Shown here piece by piece: positions 19,352 through 26,201 of a stretch of 64,000 nucleotides of DNA. Source of the stretch: a virus; IMG/VR virus record IMGVR_UViG_3300021962_000032; one strand, given 5' to 3'. Position 1 is the first letter of the stretch. The number at the start of each line of letters is the position of its first letter. A model generated the notes under the pieces. The model did no database searches and was not told the DNA's origin. It saw only the letters and a list, made by a program, of their open reading frames with translations. Position numbers and translations under genes: made by a program.

Positions 19352-19560
19352 ACAGTGGTGAGTGTCCACCACTTGCACCAGACACTTGATGCGATTTTCA
19401 CCGTGTTAGAGGACGGCAAATAAAAGGTTTCCAGTAGCCTTTCTTATCTCCCATAAGGAAGATGTAGGTATCGAACCTACAAAGGATAGTCCCTTAAGGA
19501 ACTACTGGGAATTCCACCCAGAACCAATATGAAAGAATCGAACATTTCCAACCCTTTCAA
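19352..19560 (-). ncRNA. Unrecognised structured RNA between tRNA-Asn and tRNA-Val
   Basis: No credible ORF; dense nested stems, TTCGA T-loop hairpins and two hairpins with complementary loops. Confidence 0.6.
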
Positions 19561-19633
19561 CTGGGGCGGCAGGGATCGAACCTGCGACCTAGATGTTAAC
19601 AGCATCCCGCTACTACCGCTGAGCTACACCCCA
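19561..19633 (-). tRNA. tRNA-Asn (anticodon GTT)
   Basis: TGGGGTG/CGCCCCA acceptor stem, GGATG-CT-GTT-AA-CATCT anticodon arm, GTTCGATCC T-loop. Confidence 0.93.
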
Positions 19634-19926
19634 TTATGTTGTTCATGATGTATTTCTCGATGGCAGTTAGCACATACGAGAATACATTTATCTGCTTCTG
19701 CCTTCTGCTTTTCAATGGCAACGGTGGTTCCAAGGTTTTTAGATTTTTTAGTTGTGGGATCGAGATGATGGAACTCTAAGGCAGAGATACATTTATCATA
19801 TCCACAACGTTCACACTTACCACCTTTATATTCTACTAAAAGAAGTTTGTTTTTCTTACGTCTTTTAATGACACTTGCTTTGTTTGCTTCTTTACGATCA
19901 GAATACGTTCTATTTTCTTTAGGCAT
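19624..19926 (-). CDS. HNH endonuclease (free-standing homing-endonuclease-like)
   Basis: GGKCERCGY, ALEFHHLDP and KCILVCANCHREIH motifs; the stop codon lies inside tRNA-Asn. Confidence 0.88.
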   Translation of the reverse strand: MPKENRTYSDRKEANKASVIKRRKKNKLLLVEYKGGKCERCGYDKCISALEFHHLDPTTKKSKNLGTTVAIEKQKAEADKCILVCANCHREIHHEQHNGV

Positions 19927-19953
19927 TTGGCAGAAGTTTGATTGTTCTACCAT

Positions 19954-19961
19954 TATTTATA
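19954..19961 (-). promoter_or_regulatory. T4-type late promoter for the HNH gene
   Basis: TATAAATA. Confidence 0.7.
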
Positions 19962-19965
19962 AAAT

Positions 19966-20156
19966 GTGTGGGTGGTGAGATTCTGTCATACTCACAACTG
20001 GAAGGTCTCACTGACAACGTAATTATTCCAGCACTTTTAGGTTCCTTGGCATTGGATTCTGTAACTCTGGTCTCCCAGTTTTACAGCGGGCACCACCCCT
20101 ACCTTACTATACAATATCCAGTGCTTGACCACATAGATTTTTCTGTCACACCCTTT
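19966..20156 (-). ncRNA. manA RNA motif-like structured RNA
   Basis: Closing GGGTG/CACCC stem, core AAGGTAGGGGTGGTGCCCGCTG, CTATGTGG and 3' TGTGAGTATGACAGAATCTCACCACCC resemble the manA consensus as I recall it; tRNA-adjacent cyanophage location fits. Confidence 0.7.
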
Positions 20157-20177
20157 GGAAATCCGTCGATCTCCAAG

Positions 20178-20249
20178 AGCGGGGTATCGGAATCGAACCG
20201 ACGACATCTAACTTGGAAGGATAGCGTTCTACCGCTGAACTAACCCCGC
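20178..20249 (-). tRNA. tRNA-Gly (anticodon TCC)
   Basis: GCGGGGT/ACCCCGC acceptor stem, CT-TCC-AA loop, GTTCGATTC T-loop. Confidence 0.93.
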
Positions 20250-20251
20250 AA

Positions 20252-20368
20252 ATAAGAAAAGCAGATGCATATTGTGAATTTAAAATCCACGGACTTCATA
20301 CTTTTCTCTTTTTCAAGTAGGTTTACTGTTGCTTACCCTTAAAACCCACTACAAAATGGATAAGCAGA
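20252..20368 (-). ncRNA. Candidate pseudoknotted small RNA / tRNA-Gly leader
   Basis: TGCTTATCC/GGGTAAGCA stem whose loop AGTGGGTTT pairs with downstream AAACCTACT; second stem AGAAAAGTA/TGCTTTTCT. Confidence 0.5.
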
Positions 20369-20373
20369 AGACA

Positions 20374-20402
20374 ATCATATCACACATTGATAAGATTGTC
20401 AA
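20374..20402 (-). promoter_or_regulatory. Sigma70-type promoter inside the tRNA cluster
   Basis: TTGACA-N17-TATGAT, bracketed by a GACAATC/GATTGTC inverted repeat. Confidence 0.75.
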
Positions 20403-20403
20403 G

Positions 20404-20476
20404 TGGAGAATAGGGGACTTGAACCCCTTACCTTGGCCTTGCAAAGACCCTGCTCTACCAAATGAGCTAATTCCCC
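20404..20476 (-). tRNA. tRNA-Ala (anticodon TGC)
   Basis: GGGGAAT/ATTCTCC acceptor stem with G3:U70, TT-TGC-AA loop, GTTCAAGTC T-loop. Confidence 0.93.
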
Positions 20477-20552
20477 TGGCGACTCAGGTTGGGGTCGAAC
20501 CAACGACCGACTGCTTAGAAGGCAGTTGCTCTATCCACTGAGCTACTGAGTC
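20477..20552 (-). tRNA. tRNA-Arg (anticodon TCT), CCA encoded
   Basis: GACTCAG/CTGAGTC acceptor stem, ACTGC-CT-TCT-AA-GCAGT anticodon arm, 3' GCCA. Confidence 0.95.
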
Positions 20553-20567
20553 ATTTGCCATGAGATA

Positions 20568-20596
20568 ATAATACCAGATTGTCCTGGTGCTGTCAA
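20568..20596 (-). promoter_or_regulatory. Sigma70-type promoter of the tRNA cluster
   Basis: TTGACA-N17-TATTAT. Confidence 0.75.
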
Positions 20597-21186
20597 GGGT
20601 CTTCGTTGACCCAAGGTGCTCTCAACCTCATTTCCCCACCAAGAAGATCTTGAGCATTGCTCCCGTCTGGTGGTTTCTCTGAGTATATAGGCTTGTTATC
20701 TGGAGGTTCTAATCCAAGTTTTTTAACTTCCTTATTATAATCAGATATTGCCATATCAACATCTCTCTTAACCTTATAATCAAGAAGTTCAGGAGTTTCT
20801 ATAATTTTTTTGTTGATCTGATATTTAATTTCATCAGTTACTGGGTTTTTTCTTACCCATTTTTTATTCAAAAGATCCTGACATGCGGCAAATAGTTTCC
20901 ATAAGATAACTTTATTTTCCAAAAACTTTGGGTTTTTAGTCAGTTCCACATCTACCGCATTTACAAATTCATCCAAAAATTTATAAAATTCTTCTTCATT
21001 AATTTTTTCAAACAGAGTATTTAATTTTGATCTCTCAACAAACCGATCAACCTCATAATAAAGTTGATACAATTCAGTTTCAGTTACTTGAACTCCATAT
21101 CTTTTTAACCAAAGAATAATACCATTCACAGCAGCAACTAATATTGCCGAAGCAGCACTTTGTTTTCCTAAAAGATTAATTCTCAT
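20593..21186 (-). CDS. Hypothetical protein (N-terminal hydrophobic segment)
   Basis: Likely start MRINLLG; shares motifs with the two upstream ORFs. Confidence 0.7.
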   Translation of the reverse strand: MRINLLGKQSAASAILVAAVNGIILWLKRYGVQVTETELYQLYYEVDRFVERSKLNTLFEKINEEEFYKFLDEFVNAVDVELTKNPKFLENKVILWKLFAACQDLLNKKWVRKNPVTDEIKYQINKKIIETPELLDYKVKRDVDMAISDYNKEVKKLGLEPPDNKPIYSEKPPDGSNAQDLLGGEMRLRAPWVNEDP

Positions 21187-21496
21187 TTTTCTTTTTGTAT
21201 TCCTCAAGTGCTTTATCAAGCACTCTCTTTATTCTATATTTAAGCAGATCAATATCTTTGACAATATAATCATTAATAAATTCAATATCCAAAGCTAACT
21301 GAAGTTCATCAAGGAAATTAAAAACTTTTTCTTCATCCAATCCAGGAACCCAAGCAATCAGAGCAATAGTTGTTCTTAAAATAACTCCAAGTTTTGCATA
21401 ATGTTTTATATCTCTTTGCTCCTTTCCAAATTTAAAATGAACGATATTAAATTTGGCAGTATCATCAAATATTTTTATCTTGTCCTTCCATCCCAT
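21176..21496 (-). CDS. Hypothetical protein
   Basis: 106-aa ORF sharing a segment with 20593..21186. Confidence 0.7.
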   Translation of the reverse strand: MGWKDKIKIFDDTAKFNIVHFKFGKEQRDIKHYAKLGVILRTTIALIAWVPGLDEEKVFNFLDELQLALDIEFINDYIVKDIDLLKYRIKRVLDKALEEYKKKNEN

Positions 21497-21770
21497 TTAA
21501 ATAGTCCTCCAACGCATCGTCCAAAGCTTGTTTTGGGTCTGTCCTATTGATCACTGGCCTCATTTTTTTGCTATCAAAAGTTAAAGTTGGAGTTACTGAC
21601 CCGTCCGATTCCAATTTTAATTTTGCTCCGAACGGAGTTCCTTTTGGTTGAATATTCACTTGATTATGTGCTTCTAAAGTTATAGATCCACTTTCATCCT
21701 CGACTTTTAATAATTTAGTTTTTGCAAGTATATCTATAACTTCTTCTGGATTTTCTGGAAGATTTTCCAT
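21465..21770 (-). CDS. Hypothetical protein
   Basis: 101-aa ORF abutting the cpeT stop. Confidence 0.7.
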   Translation of the reverse strand: MENLPENPEEVIDILAKTKLLKVEDESGSITLEAHNQVNIQPKGTPFGAKLKLESDGSVTPTLTFDSKKMRPVINRTDPKQALDDALEDYLNGMEGQDKNI

Positions 21771-22214
21771 TTACTTTACTTTCATAAAATGAAAATGTCC
21801 TTCATATAAATCTTTTCCCCAAAGAAATCTACCATTTTTTATGTGATATCCACCATCTTTAGAATAATAATTTTCACCATCAAATTTTATAGAAGTCAAT
21901 ACATACATGTTTTTAGATGGAATTGTATGTTTTGATTCCGCAATCCAATATCCATTAGAAAAAATAAACTCAACATCAAATCCATCAATTGTAGCAATTA
22001 TCTTATTATCAAATTCCTTTAATTCTAAAACACTTTTTCTATATGGATTTTTAGGACTTTCTGTTGCATACCAACTCTTTGAAAAAATATCACCTTCTGG
22101 GGTTTCTTCAAATTGCACATATATGTGTGCCCATTGTTGGGGATGACTCAACGCTTGAATTCTATTGTGATATAAACCTAATAGTTTTTTCTTAAAATCA
22201 ATCAATTTAGACAT
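21771..22214 (-). CDS. cpeT: CpcT/CpeT-type phycobiliprotein lyase
   Basis: GLYHNRIQALSHPQQWAHI, PYR, D.GY and LWG motifs. Confidence 0.8.
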   Translation of the reverse strand: MSKLIDFKKKLLGLYHNRIQALSHPQQWAHIYVQFEETPEGDIFSKSWYATESPKNPYRKSVLELKEFDNKIIATIDGFDVEFIFSNGYWIAESKHTIPSKNMYVLTSIKFDGENYYSKDGGYHIKNGRFLWGKDLYEGHFHFMKVK

Positions 22215-22241
22215 AAAAAAGGGGGGAGATTGCTCTCCCCC
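22215..22241 (-). terminator. Intrinsic terminator after the lysozyme gene
   Basis: GGGGGAGA-gcaa-TCTCCCC followed by a U-tract. Confidence 0.75.
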
Positions 22242-22247
22242 TATTTA

Positions 22248-22880
22248 TCAAACTTCAGTAAGGATTAGTTTTTTGGAATAACCATAAGCAAAATCAGTCC
22301 TTGCTCCATGATGACCCCAACGGATCCACTTACTTGCAAGACGCATGTAATGATGAATTGATCCACCAGGAGTTTTCATATAAGGCTCAATCATCTTCCA
22401 ATCACCTTCATGCAGCATATAGTCAAGTTGTGCATCCAGTGATGAAGGATTGGCACCAATACGAGCAGCATGTCTTCCAAGTCCATAGAAACGAGGAGCA
22501 TTGGTCCATTGGATAAGACCATACCCCCCACCACAGTTAGGATAGGAAGTTCGGGCACCACCTTCACAAATGTTAGGAATGAAGGTAGATTCCTGTCGAA
22601 TATTGCCCATAATGGTAGCTAGGGCGTTTTTGTCAGTGATTCCACGATCTTGAAGGAATTGTAATGTTTTGATTTCATTACTGTTACATCCTGTACAAAT
22701 TAACCTTTTCACTTTAGGTTTTTCGGGAGCAACCTCTTTGGTCGTTGTCTCCTGAATTTTGCTTTCTTCAATTGGTGGACTATATTGTGAAGTAGCAAAA
22801 CTCGGTGTTGGCAATGTTGCCGCTGATGTCGCAACCGCACCAAAAAGAGATACGGCTACACTTGTAAGGTTTTTACGCAT
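22248..22880 (-). CDS. Lysozyme (phage tail lysozyme family) with N-terminal signal-like segment
   Basis: ATIMGNIRQES, GGYGLIQWT and LDAQLDY motifs. Confidence 0.85.
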   Translation of the reverse strand: MRKNLTSVAVSLFGAVATSAATLPTPSFATSQYSPPIEESKIQETTTKEVAPEKPKVKRLICTGCNSNEIKTLQFLQDRGITDKNALATIMGNIRQESTFIPNICEGGARTSYPNCGGGYGLIQWTNAPRFYGLGRHAARIGANPSSLDAQLDYMLHEGDWKMIEPYMKTPGGSIHHYMRLASKWIRWGHHGARTDFAYGYSKKLILTEV

Positions 22881-22889
22881 TTAGTTAAA

Positions 22890-22955
22890 TAGAACTCTAC
22901 ATCCGTATAGAAGGGGGGTACACCCTTTTCTCAAAGGGCACCTTCCACGGCTCTA
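22890..22955 (-). promoter_or_regulatory. Structured 5' leader of the lysozyme gene
   Basis: Nested stems TAGAGC/GTTCTA, CCGT/ACGG, GGAAGG/CCTTCT and GCCCTTT-gaga-AAAGGGT. Confidence 0.55.
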
Positions 22956-22977
22956 AATCAAATCAATGACTCATAAT

Positions 22978-23000
22978 AAAAAACCTGCCTTTCGACAGGT
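22978..23000 (-). terminator. GAAA-tetraloop hairpin with U-tract
   Basis: ACCTGTC-GAAA-GGCAGGT-TTTTT. Confidence 0.7.
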
Positions 23001-23006
23001 GTACAC

Positions 23007-23035
23007 ATAATAAGTGATTATTTAGTATTTGTCAA
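23007..23035 (-). promoter_or_regulatory. Sigma70-type promoter with a late-like CTAAATA in its spacer
   Basis: TTGACA-N17-TATTAT. Confidence 0.6.
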
Positions 23036-23268
23036 TCCCACGGATCTTTGATGTCAATCTCCTGCTCTTCCGTCCATCCCTGTTCCTTTAGATCATTTTC
23101 AATACAGATGTAAGGAATTTCATCTTCTCCGCAGGGAATATTAATCCACTCAGAAAATTCTGCAGCAAGTGCTTTTGCATTGCGATGACGATCTGCATCA
23201 TGAAGAAGTTGAATTTTTTTGATTGCCCATTCACGAACCTCAAGAACGGGTTCAGTCACAATTTCCAT
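23032..23268 (-). CDS. Conserved cyanophage hypothetical protein
   Basis: Likely start MEIVTEP; NAKALAAEFSEW motif. Confidence 0.7.
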   Translation of the reverse strand: MEIVTEPVLEVREWAIKKIQLLHDADRHRNAKALAAEFSEWINIPCGEDEIPYICIENDLKEQGWTEEQEIDIKDPWD

Positions 23269-23689
23269 AGTAATCTTTTCGGAAGTACCTTGAGAGGATG
23301 TTGCTATTGTAGTAGGCAGGTTCTCCGTTGTCAAGGGATTCGGTGAGGACTCCGTTGAGAAAAAGTTGTCTGGTCTCCTCAAAATTTGTTCTTCCTCTGG
23401 ATCGGTGAAGAGAAAGTATAGATCGTTTAAAATTCTCTTTACCATACTTTTCAATATCCTCTTTAAGTTCTGGGCAAGATCCATAATACTTTTTCCAATC
23501 AGATTCTGATTTTACTTTTCTTTTTTTGCCCTTAGGTGTTCTAAAAGACCAAAAATATTTTCTACCAATGTATTTTTTATGATTTGAAATATTTTCAATA
23601 AGATAAACAAAACCAAAATAATCTTGAATATTATCTGACTCAAAAATTTCTCCATTATAAATCCACGGATTAGTATAACTGCAACTCAT
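23252..23689 (-). CDS. GIY-YIG nuclease (T4 endonuclease II/DenA-like)
   Basis: GFVYLI...KKYIGRK, ESDWKKYYGS and YYNSNI motifs. Confidence 0.85.
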   Translation of the reverse strand: MSCSYTNPWIYNGEIFESDNIQDYFGFVYLIENISNHKKYIGRKYFWSFRTPKGKKRKVKSESDWKKYYGSCPELKEDIEKYGKENFKRSILSLHRSRGRTNFEETRQLFLNGVLTESLDNGEPAYYNSNILSRYFRKDYYGNCD

Positions 23690-23691
23690 TA

Positions 23692-24522
23692 TTATTGAAA
23701 TTTATTTTTAATTTTAGAAATTATATATTTAGCAGAAGATTCTGGACTCAAATAGTTTTTATAATATTCAATTCCTTCAGTTTGTTTTATGTCCATATTA
23801 CTTTGAAGAATATTTTGAATATATTCATCAGTAACCTGATTCCAATTATTAACAAAGTAAGCTGGAGAATTTTTATAATACCAAACGTCTATGTTTTCAG
23901 ATGTAATTACTACACATCCAGAAGCAAATGCTTCTGCATATCTAAATGTTTCTTTACTCAATCCATTAGGAACTAAACATATTTTCGTATCTGAGAGTGT
24001 TTTTACATAATTATCAATACCCATTCCAGCTCTAAATTTATTGTTAAAATTAATATGATAATTTCCACGTAAATTATTAGTTACATAATGATAAAAACTT
24101 TCTCTGTGTCCAATTTGCCCAGAAAAGAAAACATCTATTGATCTTTCGGATATTTTTTTACTATTATTAAATTCAACTATAGATTTCCCACTAGAATTAT
24201 AACCCAAACTAAAATTAAATACTTTAGAATTATCAGATTTATTATAGTGATAATTTCTAAAGATCATATCAAAATTTTCATATAATTTATCATTATAATA
24301 TTCCTCATTTCCAACATGAATTGCAATTTTTTTAATATTTTTTGCCTTCACTTCTTTAAGTTTAAGCAAAAATTCTTCCATCAAATTTATATCCAAATCT
24401 AAATCTGGATGAATGAAGAAAAGATAATAACTATCATCCAATTCATTTTTTAAATGTTCCGTAATAATGTTTGTATGCGATATTTCACAATAATGTGATG
24501 GGAGCGAATTTTTAACTAACAT
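23692..24522 (-). CDS. Glycosyltransferase-like protein (exostosin/GT47-like C-terminus)
   Basis: DVFFSGQ and TKICLVPNG..ETFRYAEAFASGCVVI motifs. Confidence 0.7.
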   Translation of the reverse strand: MLVKNSLPSHYCEISHTNIITEHLKNELDDSYYLFFIHPDLDLDINLMEEFLLKLKEVKAKNIKKIAIHVGNEEYYNDKLYENFDMIFRNYHYNKSDNSKVFNFSLGYNSSGKSIVEFNNSKKISERSIDVFFSGQIGHRESFYHYVTNNLRGNYHINFNNKFRAGMGIDNYVKTLSDTKICLVPNGLSKETFRYAEAFASGCVVITSENIDVWYYKNSPAYFVNNWNQVTDEYIQNILQSNMDIKQTEGIEYYKNYLSPESSAKYIISKIKNKFQ

Positions 24523-24564
24523 AAAATTTCAATATAAATTTGCAAAATATTTTCCGTTAATTCA

Positions 24565-24720
24565 TCAGTACAATTGCAACTCATTTACATAGTCCATTGC
24601 TTTGTTCAGATATTTATGGGCAAGTTCTTTCTCTTGCCATGTCTTATGTTCAGAATCTAATTGATGCTTAAGATTATTCAACCTTGCCTTTAATTCAAAG
24701 ATGTCGTTATAGTGAACCAT
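24565..24720 (-). CDS. Small conserved helical protein
   Basis: KELAHKYLNKAMDYVNE motif. Confidence 0.6.
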   Translation of the reverse strand: MVHYNDIFELKARLNNLKHQLDSEHKTWQEKELAHKYLNKAMDYVNELQLY

Positions 24721-24748
24721 ATAAAAAAATACTCTACTATAGTTATAC

Positions 24749-24777
24749 AAAAAAAAGAGGGTCTGTGAAGACCCTCT
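24749..24777 (-). terminator. Intrinsic terminator
   Basis: AGAGGGTCT-tcac-AGACCCTCT followed by a U-tract. Confidence 0.85.
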
Positions 24778-24800
24778 AGTAAGCAGTTTTGGAAGTGGTT

Positions 24801-26141
24801 TCAGTTATTGGAATAATACTTATCTGGATTTTCCTGTTTAGATGATGATTTTTCTTTATTATACTTCCCTACAACATTTCTAATAGTTTGCCTATCTCCA
24901 AGTTCCTTTGCCCTTTTTGACCTTTCTTCTTTACTTCTTCTTGGTGGCATAGATTCCTCAACAATACTCTCTCTCCACTCTTCACTCATGTTTGCCATAA
25001 TAACTAAAGCATCTTCATTCGTATCTGCATACCCTTCAGCAACCAGATACTCAAGAATATAATCAAACAGATCATCTCTCTCTTCTACTTGCTCAGAAAG
25101 GATTTCTTCTGCAAGCAATTCAAAATTTTCTGCAATTTCACCGACTTCATAATCAGTCAATCCTTCCATGATCTCATATGCTTCCTCATAAGTTTCTGCA
25201 AGACCCTTATCAATAATATCCTCAAGCATCAATTCAGCAATTACATCATAAGCCTCACCAAATCCTCTTGCAGCATTTCTAAATGCTCTCTGAGATTTAT
25301 TCATTGGCTTTCCAGCCTTTGTGGATCCACCACTTTTACCTGCTGCTGGAAGTGCAGTTCCCTTAGATCCTTCACGACCGATTGAACCACTTTTAGAGGA
25401 TACGCCACCAGAAGATGCTGCTTCTTTGCGTCCTGCTCCAGCACCTCTATATGCGGTGCTTCTTGCTGATTTAATTGCTTCCTTTGCGGCAGCCTTTACA
25501 CTCTTACCAACAACTTCTTTACGACCAGAACCTTCACCTCTATATGGTTTTGGTTCTCTTTTTGGTTCTTCTCTTTCTGGTGCTGCTGCTTTTGGATGTG
25601 CCTTTTTGGGTTCAACCTTGGATGCTGCTTTTGAAGCAAGTTCGGATCCCTTACGAAGACCCTTGGCAAGTGCAGATCTACCTCTATTAAACAGTTCCTT
25701 ACCCTTTGAAAGGATTCCCTTAATTGCTTTTTTGGCAGCAGCTTTAACTGCGGGTGCCTTTTCTCTTACCTTTGAAACTACTACTTTACCTGCTTTTTTA
25801 GCAGCAGCTTTAATTTCTGGTGCCTTTTCTTTTGCTTTTGCAACTGCTGCTTTACCAATTCTTTTTGCAGCACCCTTTACTCTTTCAATTCTTTCTGCCT
25901 TTCTCTTTGCCTCGGGATCTTCAGTATCATGCCCAAAAGTTACCTTTGCTTCTTCAATATACTCGACACACTCATCAATATCAAATGACCCCTCAAGAAT
26001 AACTTCTTCTACGATCTCATCAAGTTCATTATCGCTAAATTCGTCAAGAACTTGATAATTTTCTTCTGCATGAAGCATTTCTTCTCTAAGTTCTTCATTA
26101 TATACAGCAGAGTATGCTTCAATAAGTTCCTTATAATCCAT
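24801..26141 (-). CDS. Late protein with acidic modules and a Lys/Ala-rich core (candidate internal head protein)
   Basis: Late promoter upstream; repeated EKAP..KAAAKKA; DLFDYILEYLVAEGYADT..A..IMANMSEEW module. Confidence 0.75.
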   Translation of the reverse strand: MDYKELIEAYSAVYNEELREEMLHAEENYQVLDEFSDNELDEIVEEVILEGSFDIDECVEYIEEAKVTFGHDTEDPEAKRKAERIERVKGAAKRIGKAAVAKAKEKAPEIKAAAKKAGKVVVSKVREKAPAVKAAAKKAIKGILSKGKELFNRGRSALAKGLRKGSELASKAASKVEPKKAHPKAAAPEREEPKREPKPYRGEGSGRKEVVGKSVKAAAKEAIKSARSTAYRGAGAGRKEAASSGGVSSKSGSIGREGSKGTALPAAGKSGGSTKAGKPMNKSQRAFRNAARGFGEAYDVIAELMLEDIIDKGLAETYEEAYEIMEGLTDYEVGEIAENFELLAEEILSEQVEERDDLFDYILEYLVAEGYADTNEDALVIMANMSEEWRESIVEESMPPRRSKEERSKRAKELGDRQTIRNVVGKYNKEKSSSKQENPDKYYSNN

Positions 26142-26164
26142 ATTCGTATTAAAGAATTTATAGG

Positions 26165-26193
26165 TATTTATAAAAAAGGGGAGTTACCTCCCC
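26165..26193 (-). terminator. Terminator followed directly by late promoter TATAAATA (26165-26172)
   Basis: GGGGAG-gtaa-CTCCCC, U-tract, then TATAAATA. Confidence 0.75.
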
Positions 26194-26201
26194 ACAAGTC
26201 A

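Noticed and set aside
19352-19560. Intron-split tRNA, tmRNA or group I intron
   Set aside because: No joinable tRNA halves, no tag ORF or tmRNA-like ends, and no recognisable group I core
19938-20541. Plus-strand ORFs across the tRNA cluster (19938..20243, 20329..20541; also 18879..19097 and 18903..19100)
   Set aside because: They overlap tRNAs and structured RNAs and are artefacts of locally higher GC
25321-26055. 244-aa plus-strand ORF (and similar ones at 42860..43576, 44663..45250, 50718..51416)
   Set aside because: Antisense shadows of well-supported minus-strand genes, with no motifs or initiation signals
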